A DNA stretch of 64,000 bases, taken from contig JAFRGC010000006.1 of the NCBI GenBank assembly GCA_017434025.1, positions 1,454 to 65,453 on the forward strand, read 5' to 3'. Origin of the DNA: Mogibacterium sp. GTDB lineage: Bacteria; Bacillota; Clostridia; Peptostreptococcales; Anaerovoracaceae. The position numbers and the translations under genes are program-made. The notes under the pieces were generated by a model that saw only the letters and a list, made by a program, of their open reading frames with translations, searched no databases and was not told the origin of the DNA. Positions 27,274 through 35,956 of this stretch are shown one piece after another (the stretch's first letter is position 1; the number at the start of each line of letters is the position of its first letter).

Positions 27274-28566
27274 CTATTCCCAGATCGCTCCTCTGATCAC
27301 TCCATCGTCTCCCTTGACTTTGACATTGATCAGTTCTTTGATATGCTCGATCCTCTCCATTATCTGCGGTCTGCTGTCTGCGAACAGAACGATAGCGACA
27401 CGCTGGTTCTTGTCAGTGGCGGACAGCGTGTGCTGGCCGACCTTGAAGTTGCCGAGATTTGTCTTGACGACATAGTCAAGTGCTTCGACCTCATCGGCAC
27501 CTTCCATGGAGATGATCTCTCCGAACGGCATGTAGAAGCATACATATCCGCAGCTGCACTGATTCATTTCGAATTCAGGAACATCGTGTGTTCTGCCAAG
27601 TGCAACATTGACCAGGAATTCCGCAGTGTCGATACCTGTCTGCAGTTGCGTGATGTAGGAAGCGATATAGGTACCGCCGCCTCTCAGCGCCGCTTCGATC
27701 AGATAGATCTCACCGGTCTTGGCGTCCATGATGTATTCGTTGTGCGAGAGACCCTGTATCATGCCAAAGCCTTCATTGACCTTCTGGCTGTAGTCAAGGA
27801 GTCTCTTCGTTGTTTCTTCATCGATATCTGCAGGATACAGTCTGGTCTTCGATGAGAAAACATTCGGGATCTTGAACTCATCGAGATCTGCATACATCAG
27901 CGGAACGACATGTCCGCCTGCCGCGATCGAATCGACCTCGAACTGCGGGCCTTCGATAAACTTCTCGATGATGACTCCGCCGCTGCGAGAGATCTCTTTG
28001 GCCTCGTCCCACTTAGCGATCAGTTCCGCTTCATCAGGGATCTTGGAGATGCCGCGGCTGCTGCTGGCATCGACCGGTTTGATGATCGCTGTCGTGCCAA
28101 AACTCCTGAACGCTTCGAGCGCCTCATCGAGAGTGTAGACCATCACGCTCTCGATCGTTGCGAGACCGAGTTCTTTCGTGCGCACTCTCATGCGGTGTTT
28201 GTCAGTGTATAACAGAGCAGTCTCGTAACCGTTGCCCGGGAGTCCCATCTTCTCTGCAGCGTATGCCACCGCTCTGACGAAAATCTCTCCCTGGTCGGAA
28301 ATAACACCATTGACGTTCTCCACTCTGGCTACGTCAGCAACATATTCTTCGATCTTGGCATCATGGAAATATACCTTGTCTGCTACTTTGATCCCAGGAT
28401 AGGTGCCGTGTGGCGTCACCGCGATGACGTATGCGTCCATAGCCTGTGCCATTTCGATCAGGTGCATCTGGAACGGGCCGGCTCCGAGGATGATGAGTTT
28501 ATCCTGTCCTGATGAACTGTCATACGGCCTGTTCGTTAAGGTATCATGCGTAAATTCTGCGTTCAT
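27274..28566 (-). CDS. ATP-grasp domain ligase (paralog 2)
   Basis: Contains KLIILGAGPFQMHLIEMA, AIIKPVDASSSRG, VIIEKFIEGPQFEV and LIEAALRGGG. GGAGG Shine-Dalgarno lies inside the end of the upstream gene. Confidence 0.75.
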   Translation of the reverse strand: MNAEFTHDTLTNRPYDSSSGQDKLIILGAGPFQMHLIEMAQAMDAYVIAVTPHGTYPGIKVADKVYFHDAKIEEYVADVARVENVNGVISDQGEIFVRAVAYAAEKMGLPGNGYETALLYTDKHRMRVRTKELGLATIESVMVYTLDEALEAFRSFGTTAIIKPVDASSSRGISKIPDEAELIAKWDEAKEISRSGGVIIEKFIEGPQFEVDSIAAGGHVVPLMYADLDEFKIPNVFSSKTRLYPADIDEETTKRLLDYSQKVNEGFGMIQGLSHNEYIMDAKTGEIYLIEAALRGGGTYIASYITQLQTGIDTAEFLVNVALGRTHDVPEFEMNQCSCGYVCFYMPFGEIISMEGADEVEALDYVVKTNLGNFKVGQHTLSATDKNQRVAIVLFADSRPQIMERIEHIKELINVKVKGDDGVIRGAIWE

Positions 28567-28568
28567 AG

Positions 28569-29504
28569 TTACCTCCGCTTATCTATCACATCTCTGACAA
28601 CATATTGAGGATTCTGATTGAGGCACAGGTAGATCCTTCCTACGTATTCCCCTATCACACCGAGCACTATCATTATCATGCCGCCGATAAGAATCGTAGT
28701 GGCGATCATAGATGTCCAGCCCAGCGCTATATTGTTATGAGTAAGTTTGACGATCACAAGCACGATGATCGTGATGAATGCGAGTATCGCCATCAGCATT
28801 CCGAAGATAACGGCCAGTCTCAGCGGCTTGATCGAGAAAGTAGTGAGGCCGTTGACCCATGTCGAGAGCAGCTTCCTGAGATTATATCCCGATGAGCCTG
28901 CAGCTCTGTCCTTCTGTTCTACTTTAACGTTGCCGATATTATTGGTCGTCCTGAGGAGGAGTCCTCCCATGTGCGGGTAAGCATTGTCGTACTTGATCAT
29001 CTCGTCAATGACGAAACGTTTTGCCAGGAAATATACTGATGTAGTGATCTCCTTAGGCTTGTCGAGGAAGAACCTGATCATAGCGGTGTTGGCCCAGGTC
29101 CCCAGTCGCCTGAACAGGCTCCGGTCACCTCTCTCAACGTAATCGGCACAGACGACATCGTATCCACCTTCAACCATATGATCGTAGAACTGGAAGACTG
29201 TCTCGATCGGTGTCTGGCCGTCATCATCACTGATCGCGACGAGTTCGCCGGTCGTTTGTCTCAGTCCCGCCATAATAGCGCACTGCTGTCCGCTGTTTTT
29301 GGCGATATCAACGCCTATTACATTATCGTATCTGCTGTGGATCTGCTGTATGACTTCCCAGGTGTTGTCCGGGGAGCAGTCATTCACCAGAACGATCTCA
29401 GCTTCAAAACCATCCTTGTCTGCCACGACTGACTGAATGGTATCTACCACCGCAGGAAGTGTCCTGGCAGATCTGTAGCACGGAATCACAAATGATATCA
29501 GCAT
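28569..29504 (-). CDS. GT2 polyprenyl-phosphate glycosyltransferase (GtrB/CsbB-like), second copy
   Basis: Contains MLISFVIPCYRS, VNDCSPD and SDDDGQTP, and two C-terminal TM helices with GEYVGRIY..NPQYVV. Confidence 0.8.
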   Translation of the reverse strand: MLISFVIPCYRSARTLPAVVDTIQSVVADKDGFEAEIVLVNDCSPDNTWEVIQQIHSRYDNVIGVDIAKNSGQQCAIMAGLRQTTGELVAISDDDGQTPIETVFQFYDHMVEGGYDVVCADYVERGDRSLFRRLGTWANTAMIRFFLDKPKEITTSVYFLAKRFVIDEMIKYDNAYPHMGGLLLRTTNNIGNVKVEQKDRAAGSSGYNLRKLLSTWVNGLTTFSIKPLRLAVIFGMLMAILAFITIIVLVIVKLTHNNIALGWTSMIATTILIGGMIMIVLGVIGEYVGRIYLCLNQNPQYVVRDVIDKRR

Positions 29505-29522
29505 ATTGTTTGCACCTCAGTT

Positions 29523-30650
29523 CTACTCTCTGACTTCATATATATAATAACCGCATCTTTCATAGATGTTGGTAGGATCATCTTTGAGTATGATCCTGCG
29601 GTCGACTTTATCTTTAATAATGGAATCCGGATGTTTTCTCTTGATCTTGCTGTACTGCTCCAGATCCGCTTTCTGCGTGATGAATCCGACTCCGACTTTT
29701 CTTACATCTCTCACCACCGGTGGTTCTTCGATAGCGTCTCCCATAGCGATGCTCACTACCGCCCCGACAAAATCATATCCTGTAGAAAGCTGTACGAGGT
29801 CACTTCCGATGAAGTCGCCGCCCATACGTCCGCCGATCTCGATGAGCTTGATGTTGCCCTTCGCGTCGACTTTGAGCTCTACGTGCGCAGCGCCATTCTC
29901 AAGCTTGAGAGTATCCAGTGCATGGTCTGCGACTTTCCTGATCTTCTCTTTGAGCTCGTCACTGATCGGAGCAGGCTGTATATGCCCTGTTTCAATGAAG
30001 TGCGGCGCGCCTGTGGTAAATTTCTGTGTGACTGTGAGCATGTAATGTCTGCCGTGATAAGAAATATACTCGACACTGTATTCATCACCGGTAGCAAATT
30101 CTTCTACCAGAGCCTTCTTCTCGAAGCTCTCCTGGACCGCTGCGGCAATTGCTCTTGCGAGGCCTTCCGGGGATTCCAGTTTGTTGACGCCTCTGCTGCC
30201 ACTCCTGTCTGTCGGCTTGACAATGATCGGGTATTCAAGCGGCGGCAGTTCGCTCACATCGGTATCCATATCCACAAGAATGCTCTTCGGACTCGGATCT
30301 CCGTTTGCGGCAAACGCCTCTCTCATCCAGTGCTTATTCATGCTTATTCTGGTTGCTTCAAGGCTGTTGCCGACCAGTCCCATTTTGTCAGCAATATAGT
30401 TGACAGCATCCATCGCCAGATCTGAGCCGATGCTGATGATGCCGTCGATACCGATCTCTCTGCATCTCGCCAGGATCTTATCCTTCTCTCTTGTACTGAT
30501 CGGATAGAAGTAATCCGCAAGGGACTCACCGATATCTCCCGTCTTCCAGGCAAATACATGTGTCTCTATCCCCATCTCACTTGCTTTGAGGATCAGCGCC
30601 TCCTGGAAAAGAGACGCACCAATGATCGCGATCTTTCTTTTTGCTTCCAT
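29523..30650 (-). CDS. ATP-grasp domain ligase (paralog 3)
   Basis: GGAGG Shine-Dalgarno, then MEAKRKIAIIGASLFQ. Contains IIVKPTDRSGSRG, ALVEEFATGDEYSVE and LIEIGGRMGGD. Confidence 0.75.
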   Translation of the reverse strand: MEAKRKIAIIGASLFQEALILKASEMGIETHVFAWKTGDIGESLADYFYPISTREKDKILARCREIGIDGIISIGSDLAMDAVNYIADKMGLVGNSLEATRISMNKHWMREAFAANGDPSPKSILVDMDTDVSELPPLEYPIIVKPTDRSGSRGVNKLESPEGLARAIAAAVQESFEKKALVEEFATGDEYSVEYISYHGRHYMLTVTQKFTTGAPHFIETGHIQPAPISDELKEKIRKVADHALDTLKLENGAAHVELKVDAKGNIKLIEIGGRMGGDFIGSDLVQLSTGYDFVGAVVSIAMGDAIEEPPVVRDVRKVGVGFITQKADLEQYSKIKRKHPDSIIKDKVDRRIILKDDPTNIYERCGYYIYEVRE

Positions 30651-30667
30651 TTCGCTACCTCCGGGAG

Positions 30668-31918
30668 TCATTCTGTTACTATGATTCTCTTGAGAACTCT
30701 GGCGGATGCGTTGCCATCGTCCTTAGGGTTGTATTTCGCGCAGAATTCTTCGTACTTCTGATCCGGCTGCCATGTGTCACACGCCCTGACCTCAGCAATC
30801 AGCGCGTCCTCATCTCTGACGATCGGTCCCGGCAGTTCGTCAAGCGAGAAGTAGAATCCTCTCAGCTCGTTGGCGTACTGCTCGAGGTCGTACATGTAGA
30901 AGATGACCGGTTTGCGCAGGTTGGCGTAGTCGAAGAACACGCTCGAATAATCCGTCACGAGGATGTCCGCCGCGATGTACAGCTCGTTGATGTCGCTGTA
31001 CGACGAGACATCTTCGACGAAACCTGCGTATTTGTCAAAGTCGAAGCTGTTGGCTACCAGATAGTGCGCTCTGAAGAGTATCACGTACTCGTCGCCGAGC
31101 GCCTCTCTCAGTTTGTCAAAATCGACTTCCGTCTTGTATGTGTATCCCTCCCCGCTTGTGTGCTGGTTGTCACGCCAGGTCGGAGCGTAGAGGATGACTT
31201 TCTTGTTCTCGACGCCCAGCTGCTTCCTCAGCTCAGTCCGTTCTTCCGGCGTCGTGTTGATCAGCCTGTCGTTCCTCGGATAGCCTTCCTCAATGATCTT
31301 GTGCGTCTGGTGTGTCTTCACCAGGTTCCATGCAGAGGCGAACTTCTCAGTCGTGAACGGCGAAGGCGATATTATATAGGAGAACTTCTTCGCATCGGAC
31401 TTATACTTGCTGCGGATCTCCTGGCCCGAATTCATGACGTTGTCGCTGGATTCCAGGTCGTAGCCGAGCCTCTTGAGCGGTGTGCCGTGCCAGCACTGAA
31501 CGTAGATCTGGCCCTTGCGCGGATACTGATGATTGAGCATCCTGTAGTTGGTGATCCAGTATTTTGCCGTCCTCAGCGCGACGTTATCTGCCTTGGTACG
31601 GAACTTGACGAGAGTCGTGCGGTCGTTCTCGAGGAAACGGAATTTCTCAGGCTCCTTGAAGCTCCACACGAACCGGAAATCCTTATACTCCGGCGCCTTC
31701 ATCATGTATTCGTACATCGCCTTAGGCGAATCACTGTAGCCCCTGCCCGAGAATGTCTGGAAATATACCAGCTTGTCATCGATCTTGCCGAAAGGATCAT
31801 CGGCCGTCATCTTGGCGCGGTACAGGATATCCCTGGCGCCTCTCGAGACTACACGGAATGCCTTGTTCTTCTTGGAGATGTCGAATATTATTTTCTTTGC
31901 TTTCTTCGTAAAACTCAT
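30668..31918 (-). CDS. CDP-glycerol glycerophosphotransferase family protein (TagB/TagF-like)
   Basis: Glyphos_transf signatures QCWHGTPLKRLG, LYAPTWRD and LVTDYSSVFFDYANLRKPVIFYMYDLEQY. An ATGA start/stop overlap links it to the upstream gene. Confidence 0.85.
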   Translation of the reverse strand: MSFTKKAKKIIFDISKKNKAFRVVSRGARDILYRAKMTADDPFGKIDDKLVYFQTFSGRGYSDSPKAMYEYMMKAPEYKDFRFVWSFKEPEKFRFLENDRTTLVKFRTKADNVALRTAKYWITNYRMLNHQYPRKGQIYVQCWHGTPLKRLGYDLESSDNVMNSGQEIRSKYKSDAKKFSYIISPSPFTTEKFASAWNLVKTHQTHKIIEEGYPRNDRLINTTPEERTELRKQLGVENKKVILYAPTWRDNQHTSGEGYTYKTEVDFDKLREALGDEYVILFRAHYLVANSFDFDKYAGFVEDVSSYSDINELYIAADILVTDYSSVFFDYANLRKPVIFYMYDLEQYANELRGFYFSLDELPGPIVRDEDALIAEVRACDTWQPDQKYEEFCAKYNPKDDGNASARVLKRIIVTE

Positions 31919-33030
31919 ATCAGTCTCTCAATGAAATCTGCCAGCGCTGCTGTGCAGTTCTCTGTATCGATGTCAATGTATCTGTCTCTGAATGCCCTGA
32001 GGGCTTCCTTATCGTAAGGCTGCTCCAGCGCAGCCGCGAGTTTCGCCGGGTCCGTAAACACGTAAGGCGCGATCGGCTCACTGCTGAAGTCCATATTCAG
32101 ACCTGTGGTCTGCATGTAGGAGTCGATATCGTATGTGTAGAGATAAAGCGGTTTGTCCGCCAGAGTCGCTTCGACGACCAGCGAAGAGTAATCGCTGATC
32201 ACGATATCCGCGACGGACAGCCAGTCATACGAGCGGAACTCCGCATCGTAGATGATATTCTCCCCTCTGACCTCTTCATTGCTTGCCCGGTCGATCGGGT
32301 GCAGCTTGACCACAAGATCGTATCTGTCAGGATCGATAGCCGCCGCAAGCCCTGCGACATCGACCGGTTTGCCCTTGTGGAACGTCGGAGCGTACAGTAT
32401 GACTTTCTTGTCTCCTGCGAGCTGCGGATATCTCTCGCGGATCCTTGCCGCAGTCTCTTCCCTCTCACTGCCCAGAGCGACCCGCTTGATATAGTCTATG
32501 CGAGGGAGCCCCAGCTTGACGATCTTGTCGCGGCTCACCCTGAATGCTTCGCTGAAGTGTTCGGCTGTGATGTCACTGCAGCATACCACATGATCGTATC
32601 CGTTGTGCATCTTCATCAGACGGGCAGTCCTCTCAGACGAACCATCTGCCAGACCGACTGTCTGCCAGCCAAACTTCTTGACTGCACTCAGCGCGTGCCA
32701 CATCTGCACGGTCGTGAGACCCTTGCGGTGCGGCAACATGCTGACAGGTATGATATACGTATCCATCACTACCACGTCGGAGTCGATCATACTGGCGGCC
32801 TGCTTCATCATATGGCCGATGTAGCCGAGCGCCTTCAGAGACTTCTCCTTGGTCAGCAGCCTGGTAAGCGTCCTGATCTCGATGCCCCTGCCTTGCAGCT
32901 CCTGCTCGAGCAAGCGAATATCCAGAGTCTTGGAATTGCTCTCTCTGCTGATTATCGTAACTCTTTTCTTTCCTCGTCTGCTCACTGTCAGTCTGTACTC
33001 CGCTCTCAAGTGGTCATGCTTCTTCAACAT
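31915..33030 (-). CDS. CDP-glycerol glycerophosphotransferase family protein (TagB-like, short form)
   Basis: Contains QMWHALSAVKKFG, LYAPTFHKG and VISDYSSLVVEATLADKPLYLYTYDIDSY. Confidence 0.8.
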   Translation of the reverse strand: MLKKHDHLRAEYRLTVSRRGKKRVTIISRESNSKTLDIRLLEQELQGRGIEIRTLTRLLTKEKSLKALGYIGHMMKQAASMIDSDVVVMDTYIIPVSMLPHRKGLTTVQMWHALSAVKKFGWQTVGLADGSSERTARLMKMHNGYDHVVCCSDITAEHFSEAFRVSRDKIVKLGLPRIDYIKRVALGSEREETAARIRERYPQLAGDKKVILYAPTFHKGKPVDVAGLAAAIDPDRYDLVVKLHPIDRASNEEVRGENIIYDAEFRSYDWLSVADIVISDYSSLVVEATLADKPLYLYTYDIDSYMQTTGLNMDFSSEPIAPYVFTDPAKLAAALEQPYDKEALRAFRDRYIDIDTENCTAALADFIERLI

Positions 33031-33094
33031 AAAAGTTTATCACAACGAGTGGTAGTTCACAACTTCCAGCGATATATATATTGTGTTGGTTCCA

Positions 33095-33122
33095 TGAAAA
33101 ACGAGGGGCTGTACGCCCCTCG
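33095..33122 (-). terminator. Rho-independent terminator after the SH3b protein gene
   Basis: An 8-bp GC stem CGAGGGGC / GCCCCTCG with a 5-nt loop, followed on the minus strand by TTTTT. Confidence 0.75.
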
Positions 33123-33147
33123 CTGTGAAGTTATTGCTATTGATCGA

Positions 33148-34977
33148 TCATGCTGCTGTGACATTGCCTGGTTTGCAGCAGACCCATCCGCTTGGGATCC
33201 TCATCCAGTCTCCCCTGACCTCAAGACAGGTGACTTCTGTTCCCTTCCTGAGTTTGGCCTGAGTCTGGTTGAATGCGTGCTTCTTGGCATCTGCAGAAAG
33301 CTGACTATAATTCTTTGCCGAATAGTTTGTACCTGGACCGGTCCTTACAAACAGATCCTTGCTGAGCTTATATACTTTGTTCTTCTTTACGGTTACTGTT
33401 GTGGCTGCTGCCTTCTTTGCAGCTATGACTTTCTGGCCTTTGAGATTTCCTGCCTTAGCGCAGATCCATCCGCTTGGTACTCTGATCCATTCTCCTTTGA
33501 TCTCCAGACAAGTTACAACGGTATTCTTCTTGAAAACTGCGTATTTACCTTTCTTCGAACACTTCTTGGCGCTTCTTGAAAGTTTGGATCTCAGGACCTT
33601 CGCATATTTGGTGCTAGGTCCTCTCCTGACATTCATAACCTGCGCAAGTGTATAATCGTTGCCAACCTTGATTGTCATGCCGCCAATAACGGCTGATGTA
33701 GGTTTCTTTGCGGCTGCGGCTGCCTGTGCTGCCTTCTTTGCGGCGGCTTCTGCTGCTGCTTTTTCCTCTGCTGCTTTCTTTGCTGCTGCTGCTTTCTCAT
33801 CCGCAGCTTTCTTTGCAGCTGCCTCTGCCGCTGCCTTCTCCTCTGCCGCTTTCTTGGCCGCAGCGGCCTTTTCTTCTGCAGCTTTCTTCGCGGCGGCTTC
33901 TGCTGCTGCCTTCTCCTCTGCTGCTTTCTTGGCCTCTGCATCCTCAGTGACTGTTTCACCTAATACCGCTTCCTCGGTCTGCAGCTGAGCAGCTTCCTGT
34001 GCCTCTATCCTCGCTTCATCTTCCTTCGTGCACAGTCTTACGTAACTTTCATCTCCGTCCTTACCGCAGATCCATCCACTCGGGATCTTGATCCAGTTGC
34101 CGCTCGACAGCAGACATGTAACGATCGTGTCTTCCTTGAGAACTGCATCTGACTGATCAAGCGCGTGTTTCTGTCCGTCCTCGGTCAGTTCTGATCTTTT
34201 CTTGACTTCATAATCTGTTCCCGGACCGTATCTGATGCAGAGGTCGGAAGTGGTGATGTAATTGATGCCTTTCTTGAATGCTCCAGCACTGTCTGATGCT
34301 GTGGCGACTTCTGCAGCATTGCTGCTTACTGAATTCGGGCTGCTTACGACCATTGCTCCATGCTGGTGTGAACCTGTCGACAGGAGGATGTCTCCTGCTA
34401 CCAGTTTCTTGTCCGAAGCATAATAGTCACTGGTAGTAAAGCATGTGAATCTGCTGTCCTTCTTGAGCAGATTGTACAGGCTGGTCGCACTGCGGTCTGT
34501 GGTGATCTCTATACCGGCTGCATTGATGCACGCTGCGATGAGCGGTGTACAGCTGCATTCGACATCCTTCGTGATCTTGCTTGCATCCCAGTTTGCGGCT
34601 TTGAGCGCATAGAAGAAAGAATTTCTCTGTTCCGCGTTGACCTTATCATATCCGACATGCTGATTGTCGCAGGCGTTCTTCATCGTTTGCGCCATCTTTT
34701 TCGCTTTGGCCTGATCCTTACATCTGATCACGACCGTCCAGTGCCTTGCGGAGGAAGCGGAACTTGAGTACACCCAGCTCATAGTGTATACTTCCTTGCC
34801 CGTCTGATCTCCCGCCTTCTGATTCGAGAGTCCAGACTCACCACTTGCAGCGTGTCCTATCACAACAGAAGAAGCTGCATATGTCTCTCCAGGGCCGGCA
34901 CAGTTTAAAACCCCTGTTACCATCATGCATGTCATGATGAGAGCTGCTATTCTTCTTGATATCGTCGTAGTATTCAT
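33148..34977 (-). CDS. Secreted protein: papain-like (Amidase_5/NlpC-P60-like) putative peptidoglycan hydrolase domain, three SH3b domains, Ala/Glu/Lys repeat linker
   Basis: GGAG Shine-Dalgarno, then MNTTTISRRIAALIMTCMMVTGVLNCAG. The N-domain has a Cys segment (VECSCTPLIAACINAAG) and GDILLSTGSHQHGAMVV, which resemble Amidase_5 Cys/His motifs. There are three G-[ED/N]-W-[IM]-[KR]-[IV]-P-S-G-W-[IV]-C SH3b-like signatures. Confidence 0.6.
   Translation of the reverse strand: MNTTTISRRIAALIMTCMMVTGVLNCAGPGETYAASSVVIGHAASGESGLSNQKAGDQTGKEVYTMSWVYSSSASSARHWTVVIRCKDQAKAKKMAQTMKNACDNQHVGYDKVNAEQRNSFFYALKAANWDASKITKDVECSCTPLIAACINAAGIEITTDRSATSLYNLLKKDSRFTCFTTSDYYASDKKLVAGDILLSTGSHQHGAMVVSSPNSVSSNAAEVATASDSAGAFKKGINYITTSDLCIRYGPGTDYEVKKRSELTEDGQKHALDQSDAVLKEDTIVTCLLSSGNWIKIPSGWICGKDGDESYVRLCTKEDEARIEAQEAAQLQTEEAVLGETVTEDAEAKKAAEEKAAAEAAAKKAAEEKAAAAKKAAEEKAAAEAAAKKAADEKAAAAKKAAEEKAAAEAAAKKAAQAAAAAKKPTSAVIGGMTIKVGNDYTLAQVMNVRRGPSTKYAKVLRSKLSRSAKKCSKKGKYAVFKKNTVVTCLEIKGEWIRVPSGWICAKAGNLKGQKVIAAKKAAATTVTVKKNKVYKLSKDLFVRTGPGTNYSAKNYSQLSADAKKHAFNQTQAKLRKGTEVTCLEVRGDWMRIPSGWVCCKPGNVTAA
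33706..33930 (-). repeat. In-frame tandem repeat, 3 x 75 bp, encoding (KKAAEEKAAAEAAAKKAAEEKAAAA)3
   Basis: Seen directly in the DNA as GCN/AAR/GAR periodicity. It also creates spurious ORFs in other frames and on the other strand. Confidence 0.9.
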
Positions 34978-35084
34978 AATTGTCTCCAAAACAAAAAACT
35001 TCGCAAACAATAACGTTTGTGAAGCTGATTGTAAGACGTAAAATTGAACAGAACAACGAACCTTTACGTTCTTATATATTTATA

Positions 35085-35112
35085 ATTATATAGATTAAAA
35101 TCCATTAAGCAA
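35085..35112 (-). promoter_or_regulatory. Candidate sigma-A promoter for the SH3b protein gene
   Basis: The minus strand reads TTGCTT-N16-TATAAT, about 100 nt upstream of the ATG at 34977. Confidence 0.45.
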
Positions 35113-35206
35113 AGTGCCTCAACCCCAGTAATTGCAAGGCTTACAGGAAATTTGCACATCTTGTGTCACGTGCATCCGGGACCCCCAACATCTGCGATTT
35201 CACTGA

Positions 35207-35935
35207 TCAGTTCTTGGCCTCATAGAACTCTATTGCCTCTTCGATCGGCCCATCGAAAAGTTTGGTGCCTTTCTCCAGAACGATCCCTCTGCTGCAGAAA
35301 TCCTGGGCTGTTGTCAGAGAATGTGTGACGAACAGCAGCGTGACATCTTCGTCTGCCATGATCTCAGCGACCTTATCCTTGCACTTCTTCTGGAAGGCTT
35401 TATCACCTACACTCAGTGCCTCGTCAACGATCAGGATGTCCGGCTGAGCATTTACGTTTATTGCAAAACCAAGTCTGGCTTTCATACCGCTGGAATACGA
35501 TCTGAGCGGCTGATCGATATAATCACCGATATCCGCAAATTTAATGATATCACCCTCGACAGCCTTGATCTCCTCCTCATTCATGCTCATGAGGCTGCAC
35601 TTGAAGGAGATGTTTTCTCTGCCGGTGGACTCTATATCAAATCCCGCGCTGAGTTCCAGCAGCGCGCTGACTTTGCCGTTGACGTATACTTCGCCCTCTG
35701 TCGGGAAAGTAACGCCCGTAACCATCTTGAGGATCGTTGACTTGCCAGCGCCGTTACGCCCGAACAGCGCAACACTCTCGCCTCTCCTCACTTCAAAGGA
35801 GAGGTTCTTGACGGCACGGTTCTCTTTGTAAGGAACTTTCTTGCTGAACAGTCCCTTGAACCTCGCGCGGCTGCTCTTGTACAGCTTGTAGAGCTTGGTT
35901 ACGTTATCGAATCTTACTACTACTTCGTTTTCCAT
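35207..35935 (-). CDS. tagH: Teichoic-acid/polysaccharide export ABC transporter ATP-binding protein (TagH/Wzt/KpsT type, short form)
   Basis: Walker A GRNGAGKSTILK, signature YSSGMKARLGF and Walker B ILIVDEALSVGD. The N-terminal YKLYKSSRARFKGLF segment is typical of TagH/KpsT. Confidence 0.85.
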   Translation of the reverse strand: MENEVVVRFDNVTKLYKLYKSSRARFKGLFSKKVPYKENRAVKNLSFEVRRGESVALFGRNGAGKSTILKMVTGVTFPTEGEVYVNGKVSALLELSAGFDIESTGRENISFKCSLMSMNEEEIKAVEGDIIKFADIGDYIDQPLRSYSSGMKARLGFAINVNAQPDILIVDEALSVGDKAFQKKCKDKVAEIMADEDVTLLFVTHSLTTAQDFCSRGIVLEKGTKLFDGPIEEAIEFYEAKN

Positions 35936-35956
35936 ATATCTAATCTCAACAAATCA

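Noticed and set aside
30641-33579. Plus-strand ORFs of 458 aa and 426 aa
   Set aside because: They are antisense to the two TagB/F-like genes and to the 3' end of the SH3b gene. I rejected them for the same reasons as the other shadow ORFs.
33659-33988. Three overlapping ORFs (plus-strand 109 aa and 80 aa, minus-strand 94 aa) made of A/F/S, L/P/S or Q/R/K repeats; also considered as a possible CRISPR-like or non-coding repeat array
   Set aside because: They are frame artefacts of the 75-bp in-frame tandem repeat inside the SH3b protein gene. The repeats are contiguous with no unique spacers, and there are no cas genes.
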